From Vulcanimicrobiota bacterium (GTDB taxonomy: Bacteria; Vulcanimicrobiota; Xenobia; Xenobiales; JADMJV01): a stretch of 64,000 bases of DNA. This document shows, piece by piece, positions 1 through 9,555 of this stretch (position 1 is the first letter of the stretch; the number at the start of each line of letters is the position of its first letter). Under the pieces are notes generated by a model. It saw only the letters and a list, made by a program, of their open reading frames with translations, was not told the DNA's origin and did no database searches. The stretch covers positions 448,001-512,000 of the forward strand of contig JBFWNU010000005.1 in the NCBI GenBank assembly GCA_050250895.1. The letters are read 5' to 3'. The translations under genes were made by a program, and so were the position numbers.

Positions 1-441
1 CAGGGCCGGGCGTCCACAGCGAAAAAGGCCCATGCCATAGCTGGGGATGTCGAAGGCACTCCAGCCCAGGGGATTTTGCCCCAGAAAATACTGCATGTAC
101 CAGCCGATGAAGGGAGAATCGAAGCTGGATGGCCAGGCGGCCGGGACTACCTTTTTGTAGCGGCGGGTGAGATCGTTGAAATATTGCGCGAACTCTCGCA
201 TGGTGGGGCCCGGTTCACGACCGTGCTCAAGCAGGTACTCTTCGGTCAGTCCGTGAATGTTGGTGGCAGCCGGCAGTTCGCCGGCGTCTTCCAACGGTTT
301 TAGCTCGGCGTAGTAGGTCTGTTCCTCGTCGACCTCCCAACAGTTCTTCTTGCGCAACACCGGGACCGCACCGATACTGACCAGGCTAAAAAGGCCTGGA
401 AACGGCCCGGAGGCCTCGATATCAATGCTCAAATAGATCAT
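1..441 (-). CDS. DEDD-family 3'-5' exonuclease/exoribonuclease (partial, runs off the window start)
   Basis: Manual translation from ATG at 441 gives MIYLSIDIEASGPFPGLFSLVSIGAV...IHGLT...SFDSPFI...AFDI, with an ExoI DxE motif and downstream acidic motifs. It is absent from the ORF track because it has no stop in the window. Confidence 0.75.
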   Translation of the reverse strand, partial: MIYLSIDIEASGPFPGLFSLVSIGAVPVLRKKNCWEVDEEQTYYAELKPLEDAGELPAATNIHGLTEEYLLEHGREPGPTMREFAQYFNDLTRRYKKVVPAAWPSSFDSPFIGWYMQYFLGQNPLGWSAFDIPSYGMGLFRCGRPAL

Positions 442-514
442 CGCTGGCAGGTTTTTATGGTCCCGAAACAAACTACGCTTACACTCTAGACTCCACCTGC
501 CCGAAAGGATTGTT

Positions 515-1984
515 ATGAAGATCGTAGCCCACCACGGACCGCTAGAAGAATTGACGGCCGATCTGCTGGTCCTGGTGCTCGACCCTGTTTCCAGCTTGTT
601 CGAGCTGGGGCACGAGCAACTCGACGAACGGGTGACCGGCCTCAAAGACCAGTTCGGTCCGTCGCTCAAACGCGAGTATTGCTTCGATCCGGCCGAGCCC
701 GAAGGCGTGGGCACGGTGGCGGTCTATTCTTCGGCCCTCGAGAAAGGCTTCACCCTGGCCGAGAACCTCAAGACCTTCCTGAGCCGGGCGCTCAAGCTGG
801 CGGCCGAGACGGGTCGCAAACGGGTAGCGGTGGCCCTCAACAGCGAAGAGGGCGCCAAGTTGGTCGAGCACGCTGTCGAAGGGGCGCTGGTGGGCACCTA
901 CGTCTTCGAGAAATACCGCAGCCAGCCTGGTAACCTGTTTGCCGACCTGGAGCTGGTGGTCTGGACCCAGGCAGAAGAGACCCAGCGGCTGGAGTTAGGG
1001 CAAGCCTACGGCCGGGCGGTCAATTTCGCCCGCGATCTGGTGTGCGAGCCGCCCAACGTGATGTTTCCGGCCGAACTTGAAGCTCGCGCCAAAGAGCTTT
1101 CGGACGCCTACGGATTCGAGTTCGAGTCGTGGGACGAAGTGGCCCTGGCCGATGGTGGCTACGTAGGCCTATCGAGGGTGGGGGCCGGTTCTGAGCACCC
1201 TCCCCGCATGATTCGCGTCACTCACAACCCTGAAGAGGCCGCCTCCGATGTGCATCTGGTGCTGCTGGGCAAAGGCGTGACCTTCGACACCGGCGGCATC
1301 TCGCTCAAGCCTGGCGAGAAGATGGATTTGATGAAGGGCGACATGGCCGGAGCGGCGGCCGTGCTGGGGGCCATGGATGCCATCGGCAAGCTCAAGCCAA
1401 ACCTCAAGGTGACAGCCCTGGTCGTCTCGGCCGAGAACAGCCCCGACGGCAAAGCCTATCGTCCCGCCGACATCTTGGTATTCAAGAACGGTAAGTCGGT
1501 TCATATCGGCAATACCGACGCCGAAGGCAGGCTCTGTCTGGCGGATGGGCTGATGAAGGCGGGCGAACTTGGGGCCACCCACATTATCGACGTGGCCACT
1601 CTGACCGGCTCGTGTTCGCGAGCCCTGGGCCCTTCGTTTACGGGAGTGATGGGCACGGCCCGGGCCCTGGTCAACGCTCTGACTCGGGCCGGAGGCAATT
1701 GGGGAGAGTCCTACTGGAAGCTGCCCCTGCCGCTGGAGTATCGCGAGATGCTCAAGACTCCCCACGCGGACATGAACAATGTTGGCGGGGAGTACGCGGG
1801 GGCGATCACGGCGGGACTCTTTCTCAAAGAGTTCGTGCCCGCCCGCACCGCCTGGGCCCACCTCGATATCGCGGGCACCTTCTGGAAGCAGAAACCCTGG
1901 AAATACTATGGAGAGGGGCCCAGCGGAACGGCCGTGAAAACGTTGGTCGATCTTGCCTGTAACTGGGCCGAACACTTCGCCTAG
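515..1984 (+). CDS. pepA: leucyl aminopeptidase (M17)
   Basis: Motifs GKGVTFDTGGISLKP, MKGDMAGAA, NTDAEGRL, WAHLDIAG. Confidence 0.95.
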   Translation: MKIVAHHGPLEELTADLLVLVLDPVSSLFELGHEQLDERVTGLKDQFGPSLKREYCFDPAEPEGVGTVAVYSSALEKGFTLAENLKTFLSRALKLAAETGRKRVAVALNSEEGAKLVEHAVEGALVGTYVFEKYRSQPGNLFADLELVVWTQAEETQRLELGQAYGRAVNFARDLVCEPPNVMFPAELEARAKELSDAYGFEFESWDEVALADGGYVGLSRVGAGSEHPPRMIRVTHNPEEAASDVHLVLLGKGVTFDTGGISLKPGEKMDLMKGDMAGAAAVLGAMDAIGKLKPNLKVTALVVSAENSPDGKAYRPADILVFKNGKSVHIGNTDAEGRLCLADGLMKAGELGATHIIDVATLTGSCSRALGPSFTGVMGTARALVNALTRAGGNWGESYWKLPLPLEYREMLKTPHADMNNVGGEYAGAITAGLFLKEFVPARTAWAHLDIAGTFWKQKPWKYYGEGPSGTAVKTLVDLACNWAEHFA

Positions 1985-1989
1985 GCTGC

Positions 1990-3795
1990 ATGGGGGGGAC
2001 TGCTGCCAAAGGCTACCTGATCAGGAGCGCAACCTGGTCGGCCACCACGGCCTCGGTCGTGACCATCGCGCATGCTCTAGCCACCAATCAGGGCCTCGGT
2101 TTGCGCTTGCTGGTGGGCTATTTCGCCCTGGCCTTTCTCGGCGGGGTGCTGGCCCTGATGGTGGTGGGACCTCTCTTTCGTCTCGATCGCCGCCGTTTGC
2201 CAGCCGTGATCGCCAAGGCCGCCATCATCCTGGGTGGCCTGGCTTGCGTGCTGCTAAGCCTCTACTTCGGTGCGGCCACCTTGCCGGTGGTGGGCGGGCT
2301 GGCTTTGGGGGCCTTGCTAGGACCGGCTGTCATGGCCTCGCGTGGGCCCAGCGCCTCGGCCGTCAGCGCCGCTCGGGCTGCTTATAAACGCGCCGCCGCG
2401 CGCCTGGCGGCCAGAACCGGCGAGGATGAGACCGCCGAACTCGAGCAAGAACTCAAGAACCATCTGCTCGACTGCGAAGTGGCCGTGGGCTCAGAGAATC
2501 CGACCACGGCGCGGTTCCTTTGTTTGCTGGCCGAGTTCTATCTGCGCGAGCGCGAGTGGAGCGCCGCCCGGGCGCTGCTCGCCCGGGCTTTGAGGGTTTT
2601 CGAGCGCAGGCGAACGACCCAGGAGCAGGCGCGCGTCTACCACAACCTGGCCTATTTGAGCCTGCAGTGCGAGCAGTATGACGAAGGCCTCGAACTGTGC
2701 GAAAAGGCTTTGACCCTGTCGAGTGACCAGCACGAGACGGCCCTGATGGAGTTCACCGCCGCCCGCTTGCTCTTTGCTCAAGACGACTATGAAAAGGCGG
2801 CCCGCCGGGCCGAGGCCAGCCTCGGACGACTGCAGCGCGAGGTGGGAGGGGGAGACTCCCAGAGCATCGAGGTGGCCTTGCTGTGGGCCGATTGCTGCGA
2901 GAAGACCGGACACAAGCACAAGTCCCGCGAGTTGATCTTGCAGATCATCGATAGCCGCCGCCAGGTGGGCCGGCCCGAGGACGCCCAGTGGGTCAGTCTG
3001 TGGGCTCGTCTGGCTCGCCTCGAGGAGAAGCCGGGTCGGGCTCTGCGTGAGGCTGTCGAGGCCCTGAAGTGGTGGGGCGGAAGCGCCCATCCTGACGCTC
3101 GCGAACTGGCCCTGATGGGGCAAGCCCTGGTCCCGGCCGAGAGCCGTGAACTGTGGCCCGATGTTCTCAGGGGTGAACCTACCGCCCGGCGCGTCTTTGT
3201 CGATCATCCCGAGATCCTCGAGCAGCGCGACGAGGGAGGTTGGACACCCATCCATTGGGCCGTGTTCTGGGGACTCGACGGACCTTTGCAAAGCGTCGAG
3301 ATGACCCCGGAGCGCGTGGGTGGCGAGGTTCCGGCCACGCTGGTGGCGGCCCGGTGGGGTAGGCGATCGTTGATGACCGGCTTACTCGATCATTGTTCGG
3401 CTGAGGCCACCGACCCTCAGGGGCGAGGTCTGGTCCATATGGCCGCCATGGCCGGTGACTCGATGACTCTGTCGATGCTGACCAAGCTTAAGCCCGATTG
3501 GAGCGCGGCTGACAAGCAGGGTCAGACTCCCCTTCATCTGGCGGCCCGCGGAGGGCACTGCGACGCCATGCTCGAGCTGTTGCAGCACCGTGTGCCCATC
3601 GACGCCCTCGACCTGCAAGGCCGGACCCCCCTGTTCCTGGCCGTCGAGGGCGGAGTAGCCTCGGCCGTCGAACTGTTGCTGCTCAACGGCGCCAGGCCCA
3701 CCCAGGGTAAGGGCAAAACTCCGCTAGCCAGGGCCCGAGAGTTGGGCCGGCAGGACTTGCTGGATCTGATGGCGCGCCACGGAGGCGCTCGATGA
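1990..3795 (+). CDS. membrane-anchored TPR + ankyrin repeat protein
   Basis: About 4 hydrophobic N-terminal segments, TPR-like helices (ARVYHNLAYL...GLELCEKAL) and ankyrin motifs (GWTPIHWA, GQTPLHLAA, GRTPLFLAV, GKTPL). Confidence 0.75.
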   Translation: MGGTAAKGYLIRSATWSATTASVVTIAHALATNQGLGLRLLVGYFALAFLGGVLALMVVGPLFRLDRRRLPAVIAKAAIILGGLACVLLSLYFGAATLPVVGGLALGALLGPAVMASRGPSASAVSAARAAYKRAAARLAARTGEDETAELEQELKNHLLDCEVAVGSENPTTARFLCLLAEFYLREREWSAARALLARALRVFERRRTTQEQARVYHNLAYLSLQCEQYDEGLELCEKALTLSSDQHETALMEFTAARLLFAQDDYEKAARRAEASLGRLQREVGGGDSQSIEVALLWADCCEKTGHKHKSRELILQIIDSRRQVGRPEDAQWVSLWARLARLEEKPGRALREAVEALKWWGGSAHPDARELALMGQALVPAESRELWPDVLRGEPTARRVFVDHPEILEQRDEGGWTPIHWAVFWGLDGPLQSVEMTPERVGGEVPATLVAARWGRRSLMTGLLDHCSAEATDPQGRGLVHMAAMAGDSMTLSMLTKLKPDWSAADKQGQTPLHLAARGGHCDAMLELLQHRVPIDALDLQGRTPLFLAVEGGVASAVELLLLNGARPTQGKGKTPLARARELGRQDLLDLMARHGGAR

Positions 3796-4061
3796 CCGAG
3801 CGCGTCCGCGAGTTGACCGCCAAGCTGCGCACCCAGATGCGCTACGGCACGCTCACCGAGGCGTTGCGGGCCGCCTACGCCTTGCAACTCGAGATCGAGA
3901 TAGCCCCGGACTGGCCCGACAAGGCCAAGGAACTCGAACGAGTCGAGCTGTTGATCGCTCGTCTCGAGACCGATGGCCTCGATCCTCTCGAGCGCTCCAT
4001 CGGCGAGGTGCTCGATTCGCTTTCTCGGCTGGTCGAGCGATGGTTCGGCCGGGTCGTTTAG
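3792..4061 (+). CDS. small helical hypothetical protein
   Basis: ATGA overlap with the upstream stop and a GGAGG RBS. Confidence 0.6.
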   Translation: MTERVRELTAKLRTQMRYGTLTEALRAAYALQLEIEIAPDWPDKAKELERVELLIARLETDGLDPLERSIGEVLDSLSRLVERWFGRVV

Positions 4062-4116
4062 TTTGACCGGGTCGTACGCCCCTGGCGCGGGGGGTCTCGA
4101 TGGGTCACAATGGGGT

Positions 4117-5427
4117 ATGCGCGTCGCTCTGCTGTCACCCCGTGGGCCTCTCTATCGGCACCGGTCGGGAATCTTCAAGAAGTCGCTGCGCTATGCACCC
4201 CTGACTCTGACCACCCTGGCCTCGCTGGTGCCGGCCGAGCTCGACTGCCGGCTGCAGCTGGTGGACGAAGGAATCGACGAAGTCGACCTGGAGCTGGAGG
4301 CCGATCTGATCGGGATCTCGGCCATCACCGGCACGGCGCCACGAGCCTATGAGCTGGCCGCCCATTTTCGGGGGCGAGGGATCCCGGTCGTTTTGGGTGG
4401 GGTTCATCCCACTCTCGTGCCAGATGAGGCCCAGCAGCACGCTGATTGCGTGGTAACGGGCTATGCCGAGGACAGCTGGCCCCAGCTGTTACGCGATTTC
4501 TCCCAGGGACGGCTAGCCCCTCGTTACAGTCAACGACCCGACCTGAGTCTGGCCAACCGACCCTTTCCCCGGCGAGACCTTCTGGAAGTGAACGACTATC
4601 TCACCCCGCACACCATCGAGGCCACCCGCGGATGTATCCATCAATGTCGCTTCTGCGTGGTACCCAGCGCCTGGGGGCGACCGTTGCAACGCCCGGTGGC
4701 TGAGGTGGTGGCCGATATCGAGCAGATGCAGGCTCGCCGGCTCGTCTTTCTCGACCTGAATCTGATCGCCGATGTCGACTATGCCAAGCAGCTTTTCCAG
4801 GCCCTGGTTCCGCTGGGTATCGGTTGGGCTGGCCTGGCTACCACCATGCTTGCCTGGGACGACGAGTTGCTCGACCTGGCGGCCCGCAGCGGTTGCCGAG
4901 GCGTGTTGATCGGATTCGAGACGATGAATCCCGAGGCTCTGGCCGAGAGCGGCAAGAAGTTCAATCAGCGCACCAGCTACGATGAGGTGGTGCGGCGAAT
5001 CCACGGCCGGGGCATCTCGATTATGGGCACATTCGTTTTTGGCTTCGATTCCACCGGGCTCGAGACATTCGACCAGGTCATCACCTTCTGTCAGCGCCAC
5101 TGCCTCGAGTTGCCGCGATTCTCGATCCTGACACCCTTCCCTGGCACTCCACTGTTTCGACGCCTCGAGGGCGAGGGCCGCATCCTGACTCGGGATTGGT
5201 CGCTCTACGATGGCCAGCACGTCGTTTTTCGACCGGCTCGCCTGAGTGCCGAACGGCTACTCGAAGAGACTGGCCGCGTCTGGCGCACGGTCTATAGCTG
5301 GCGCGGCATCTGGCAGCGCCTGTGGGGCAGTCGCCGCATGCTGATGACTTCGCTGGCCGCGAATTTGGGCTATCGGCACTACGGCTACAACCTCGACAAG
5401 TTCTACACGTGCGGAGAGGTGGCATGA
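4117..5427 (+). CDS. cobalamin-binding domain radical SAM protein (1)
   Basis: N-terminal B12-binding-type domain (PLTLTTLAS...VVLGGVHPT...VVTGYAE), CxxxCxxC as RGCIHQCRFC, IGFET and TPFPGTPL. Start moved to ATG 4117 (MRVALLSP). Confidence 0.9.
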   Translation: MRVALLSPRGPLYRHRSGIFKKSLRYAPLTLTTLASLVPAELDCRLQLVDEGIDEVDLELEADLIGISAITGTAPRAYELAAHFRGRGIPVVLGGVHPTLVPDEAQQHADCVVTGYAEDSWPQLLRDFSQGRLAPRYSQRPDLSLANRPFPRRDLLEVNDYLTPHTIEATRGCIHQCRFCVVPSAWGRPLQRPVAEVVADIEQMQARRLVFLDLNLIADVDYAKQLFQALVPLGIGWAGLATTMLAWDDELLDLAARSGCRGVLIGFETMNPEALAESGKKFNQRTSYDEVVRRIHGRGISIMGTFVFGFDSTGLETFDQVITFCQRHCLELPRFSILTPFPGTPLFRRLEGEGRILTRDWSLYDGQHVVFRPARLSAERLLEETGRVWRTVYSWRGIWQRLWGSRRMLMTSLAANLGYRHYGYNLDKFYTCGEVA

Positions 5428-5429
5428 GC

Positions 5430-6458
5430 CTAGAGCGGTTGGCCGTCGAGAAAGCGGTGGTAGTGCTCTTTGCAGCGCTTGGTGTCGGGATTGCCCGGGC
5501 CCAGACAGTCTTCGGCCAGTTTGACGGCTTGACGCAGCAGATCTTCGGCGGCATCGGGCTGGTTGCGACGAGCGTGGAGCTTGGCCAGGTTGTAGAGCAC
5601 ACACACCCGTCGGTGAGCCAGGCTCTCGCCGCGGGCCAGGGCCAGCGATTGGCGCAACCGGGCCTCGGCTTTGTGAAAGTCGCTCTCCATGAAGTGCAAC
5701 CCGGCCATGTTGTTGAGACAAACCACCAGGTCTTCGCCGCCCGGCTTGCTTTCGAGGATCTCGAGGGCGCCGTTGAACAGGGGGCCGCACTCGGCCAGGC
5801 GTCCCAGGCGAAGATAGAGTTGACCCAACTCGTTGAGGCTGCGGGCCAGTTCGGGGCTATTGGTTCCAAACACCCGAGCCGACTCGCGCGCAGCCACCAG
5901 CCACACCTCGGCTTCATCGAACCGCTGATCGTTATACTCCAGCACGCCCCGGTTGCGCAGCTTCCGCCACTCTTGTTCTTGCTCGGCGGTGACCTCGGTG
6001 GGAGCTTTGAGGTGGTCCATCCGCAGCCCCATGGCGTTGGCGATCTCGGCCAGATTTTCCAACTCGTTCTTCTGGTAGACGGCGCTACGACCGCGGTGGT
6101 CGAGATAGAGCACCCCCTGGGTGTGACCGGCTGCGTCGTTGATGGGCACGCACAAGATCGAACGCAGACCAGCCAGAATGACGCTGGTGCGGTCTTTGAT
6201 GGTGGGCTCTTGCATAGCGTCGACGACGCGCAGGGGCTTGCCCACGGCCATCACCTTGCGGACTGTCTCAAGCGACAGTTCTCCCGAGGTGAAAAAGCTC
6301 TCGAGCAAGATACCGTGACTGGCCCGAGGGGTAGGCAGGCCGTCCGGACGCGGGCCGTAGGCCACAAAGGCGCGTTCGCAAGAAAAGGCCTCAAGCATGG
6401 TTGCCAGGGTCAGCCGGTAGACCTCTTCCGGATTGGTCGCCCCCTTGATTTCGTGCAC
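5430..6458 (-). CDS. GAF domain + TPR protein
   Basis: GAF signature LRSILCVPI...GVLYLD followed by kinesin-light-chain-like TPRs (LARSLNELGQLY, CLNNMAGL, LYNLAKL, LGPGNPDT). Confidence 0.8.
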   Translation of the reverse strand: MHEIKGATNPEEVYRLTLATMLEAFSCERAFVAYGPRPDGLPTPRASHGILLESFFTSGELSLETVRKVMAVGKPLRVVDAMQEPTIKDRTSVILAGLRSILCVPINDAAGHTQGVLYLDHRGRSAVYQKNELENLAEIANAMGLRMDHLKAPTEVTAEQEQEWRKLRNRGVLEYNDQRFDEAEVWLVAARESARVFGTNSPELARSLNELGQLYLRLGRLAECGPLFNGALEILESKPGGEDLVVCLNNMAGLHFMESDFHKAEARLRQSLALARGESLAHRRVCVLYNLAKLHARRNQPDAAEDLLRQAVKLAEDCLGPGNPDTKRCKEHYHRFLDGQPL

Positions 6459-6514
6459 CCCTTCTCATTTTATACCGGCGGCGCTCCAACCTCTCGAACA
6501 GGAAGAATGTCCCA

Positions 6515-7882
6515 ATGAAACTCACCCTGATCCACCCCTGTATCGGCCGGCGGGTCGGCCAGGACTATATCCGCACCTGGCAGATGGAGCCGCTGGCTCC
6601 GGCCGTGCTGGCCGGACTGACGCCGGATGACGTCGAGGTCGAGTTCTTCGACGACCGCATGGAGGTCATCGATTACGAGCGGCCTACCGATCTGGTGGCT
6701 CTTAGCGTCGAGACCTACACGGCCCGCCGCGCCTACCAGATCGCCTCGGCCTATCGCCGGCGCGGAGTGCCCGTGGTCATGGGTGGATTTCACCCCAGCC
6801 TGGTGCCGCAAGAGGCCGCTCTTTATGCCGATGCGGTGGTGGTGGGCGAAGCCGAATCGGTGTGGGCCCAGGTGTTGGCCGACCGGGGCCGGGGCCGCCT
6901 GCAGCCTCGCTATCAGGGCCAGGCGCGCCCCTCGCTCGCCGGGGTGCGGCCCGATCGCTCCGTCTTTGCCGGCAAGCGCTACCTGCCTCTGGGGTTGGTA
7001 GAGGCGGGACGAGGATGTCACTTTGCCTGCGAGTTTTGCGCCATTGCCAGCTATTTCAACAGCACCCAGACGCGCCGTCCGGTCGAAGACATCCTGGCCG
7101 AAATCCGAGCCGTCAACAAGCCTTTGATCTTCTTTGTCGACGACAACATCACGTCGAATATGAAGAAGGCCAAGGAGTTTTTTCGCGCTCTAATCCCTCT
7201 CAACATCCGCTGGGTCAGCCAGGCCAGCATCAACGCGGCCCACGACGAGGAGTTTCTCGAACTGATCAAGGCCAGTGGCTGCCAGGGGTTGCTGATCGGG
7301 TTCGAGAGCCTCAATCCGACCAATCTGCGCAAGATGAACAAGACCTTCAACACCATGAAAGGCGGTTTCGAGGCGGCCCTGGCCAACCTTCGTCGGCACG
7401 GCATCCGGCTCTATGTGACCTTTATCCTCGGCTATGACGATGATGACGAAAAGACAGTCAGGGACACCCTCGAGTTCGCCTTGCGCCACCGGTTCTATAT
7501 GGTGGCCTTCAATCACCTGACACCTTTTCCCGGCACGCCTCTGTATGCGCGGCTGGAGCGGGAAAAACGGTTGCTGTTCGACCGCTGGTGGCTCGACCCG
7601 GCCTACCGCTACGGTATGGTCCCGTTTCGAACCCGAGGTCTGTCGCCGGAGCGGATCCAAGAGATGTGCGTGGACTCGCGGCGCCAGTTCTACAGCCTGG
7701 GTTCGATGTTCAAGCGCAGCCTCGACTTTCAAGTCAATAGTAGCAACCTCTTCATGTGGAGCCAGTTTTTCTTCATCAACTGGCTGATGCGGCGCGAAGT
7801 GTCCGAGCGCGAGGCGTATCCGCTCGGCGACGAGGCGGTCAGCGAACCCTTGCTGGAGGTGAGTGGGCGCCTTGCGGTTTGA
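6515..7882 (+). CDS. cobalamin-binding domain radical SAM protein (2)
   Basis: VVMGGFHPS, VVGEAE, RGCHFACEFC, FFVDDN, IGFES and TPFPGTPLY motifs. Confidence 0.9.
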   Translation: MKLTLIHPCIGRRVGQDYIRTWQMEPLAPAVLAGLTPDDVEVEFFDDRMEVIDYERPTDLVALSVETYTARRAYQIASAYRRRGVPVVMGGFHPSLVPQEAALYADAVVVGEAESVWAQVLADRGRGRLQPRYQGQARPSLAGVRPDRSVFAGKRYLPLGLVEAGRGCHFACEFCAIASYFNSTQTRRPVEDILAEIRAVNKPLIFFVDDNITSNMKKAKEFFRALIPLNIRWVSQASINAAHDEEFLELIKASGCQGLLIGFESLNPTNLRKMNKTFNTMKGGFEAALANLRRHGIRLYVTFILGYDDDDEKTVRDTLEFALRHRFYMVAFNHLTPFPGTPLYARLEREKRLLFDRWWLDPAYRYGMVPFRTRGLSPERIQEMCVDSRRQFYSLGSMFKRSLDFQVNSSNLFMWSQFFFINWLMRREVSEREAYPLGDEAVSEPLLEVSGRLAV

Positions 7883-8906
7883 CCTGGCCAGCCCCAACGA
7901 TGAGGCGCGTCTGCGCGAACTGGCCGCCTCGGTGGCGGTGCCGGGCTGGGTCCGTGTGAGCTATCGCCGCGAGCCAGACTTCTTCGCGGCCGGTGCGGTG
8001 TTGGGCGACCCCCACCAGGTGCTGGTGGCTCGCGACCCTCAGGGGCGGCCCGTGGGCTGTGCCAGTCGTTCAGTTCGCCCCCTGTGGATGGCCGGAGAAC
8101 CCCGAGCGGTCGGCTACCTCAGCGGGTTGCGCGTGTCACCCCAGCAGTCGGGCCGGGCCATCACGCCCCGCGGGTTTGCCTTTCTTCGCGAGCTTCATCA
8201 GGATGGTTTGTGCCAGAGCTATCTGACCACCATCATCGAAGACAATCAGCGGGCGCGACGCCTGCTAGAGAGTCGTCCGCGCCCCTCGATGCCGGCCTAT
8301 CGCGCGGTCGCCCGGCTACGCACTCGGGCTATCCCGTTGACCCGCCGGCGCCACCGCAGTCTGGGCTGGGCCCGGCCCGAGCACGAACAGCAGTTGCTGG
8401 CCTTCTTGCGGCGACAGGGTGCCAAACGCAACGGCTTTCCGGTGATCGAGCGACTGGGCCGTGGGATGCCCGAGGTCGGTGATTTCTGCCTGGCTTTCGA
8501 AGGGGCTCGGCTGGTGGGAGCGGCCGCCCTGTGGGATCAGCGGGCCTATAAGCAGACGGTGGTGGAAGGCTATGCCTCGAGTCTGGCCAGGCTGCGCCAT
8601 GTCGTCAACGGCCTGGCGGGCAATCGCCTGCTGCCGGCGGTCGGTGAGCAGCTGGCCATGGCCTGCCTGGCCTGTTGGCTGGCTCCTGATCGACAGGTCC
8701 TGGCCCAACTGGTAGAGACGGTGGCCGCCGAGGCCAGGCGAAGGGGGCTGGCGTACCTGATGGTCGCCGGCCTGGCCAGCGACCCCCTGAGTGGGGCTTT
8801 CGACCGATTCTACGGCTTTGACTACACCAGTCTGGTCTTCCGGGTGGACCTGGGCAAGGAGGTAGAGGATGAGCGGCTCGACTATCTCGAACTCGGCACG
8901 CTTTGA
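7863..8906 (+). CDS. putative tandem GNAT-fold acyltransferase-like protein
   Basis: GYLSGLRVSPQQSGR resembles GNAT motif A, followed by NQRARRLL. Overlaps both neighbours (operonic). The fold is inferred. Confidence 0.65.
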   Translation: MGALRFDLASPNDEARLRELAASVAVPGWVRVSYRREPDFFAAGAVLGDPHQVLVARDPQGRPVGCASRSVRPLWMAGEPRAVGYLSGLRVSPQQSGRAITPRGFAFLRELHQDGLCQSYLTTIIEDNQRARRLLESRPRPSMPAYRAVARLRTRAIPLTRRRHRSLGWARPEHEQQLLAFLRRQGAKRNGFPVIERLGRGMPEVGDFCLAFEGARLVGAAALWDQRAYKQTVVEGYASSLARLRHVVNGLAGNRLLPAVGEQLAMACLACWLAPDRQVLAQLVETVAAEARRRGLAYLMVAGLASDPLSGAFDRFYGFDYTSLVFRVDLGKEVEDERLDYLELGTL

Positions 8907-9555
8907 CATCGTGCCGGTGGACGGTCTCGACGAGGCCCGCAAGGCTCAGATGTGGCAGCTTTTCGCCGCTCACTTTCGAGCCTGCCGTCAGACCTTCGAG
9001 GTTGACCTGTCCGAGAAGCACTGGGTGCTGCTGCTCGAGAGCCAGGGGCGGATTCAGGGCTTCTCTACCATGATGCGGTTAAAATTCGAGGGCCGGTCGC
9101 TGCTCTTTTCTGGCGACACCATCGTGGCCCCGGCCGCGCGGGGCTCGGCCAACCTGGCCCAGGCGTGGGCTCGCCATGTGTTCGGACTGGTGGATGAGGA
9201 GGGACCGCTCTACTGGTTCTTGATTGCTTCGGGGTATCGAACCTACCGGTTTTTACCGTTGTTTTTCCAGGAGTTCTATCCTCGCTTCGACCGGCCCGTC
9301 CCGCCCGCGATCGGGTGCTTGCTAGACGGCGTGGCCAAGCAGAAGTTTGGGGAGCGCTATCAGAAGGGAGTGGTGGTGCCGGCCTGTCCCACTCCCTTGC
9401 AGCAGGTCGAAGTACCCCCTGGACGCCGCCGCGATCCCCACGTCGGCTTTTTTCTCGAGCGCAATCCGGGCCATCGTCTGGGCCACGAGCTGGCTTGTCT
9501 GGCCCTGGTCAGTCGCCCCAACCTGACCGCGGCCGGACGGCGGATGTTGTGGTGA
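8869..9555 (+). CDS. conserved hypothetical protein, GNAT-like
   Basis: IQGFST, FSGDTIVAPAARGS and YWFLIASGYRTYRFLP motifs; coupled to the GH3 gene by a GTGA overlap. Confidence 0.65.
   Translation: MSGSTISNSARFDIVPVDGLDEARKAQMWQLFAAHFRACRQTFEVDLSEKHWVLLLESQGRIQGFSTMMRLKFEGRSLLFSGDTIVAPAARGSANLAQAWARHVFGLVDEEGPLYWFLIASGYRTYRFLPLFFQEFYPRFDRPVPPAIGCLLDGVAKQKFGERYQKGVVVPACPTPLQQVEVPPGRRRDPHVGFFLERNPGHRLGHELACLALVSRPNLTAAGRRMLW

Noticed and set aside
4117-7882. RiPP interpretation of the radical SAM cluster, with 3792-4061 as precursor peptide
   Set aside because: No SPASM or RRE features are visible, and the 89-aa protein looks like an amphipathic helical protein coupled to the ankyrin gene rather than a leader-core precursor.
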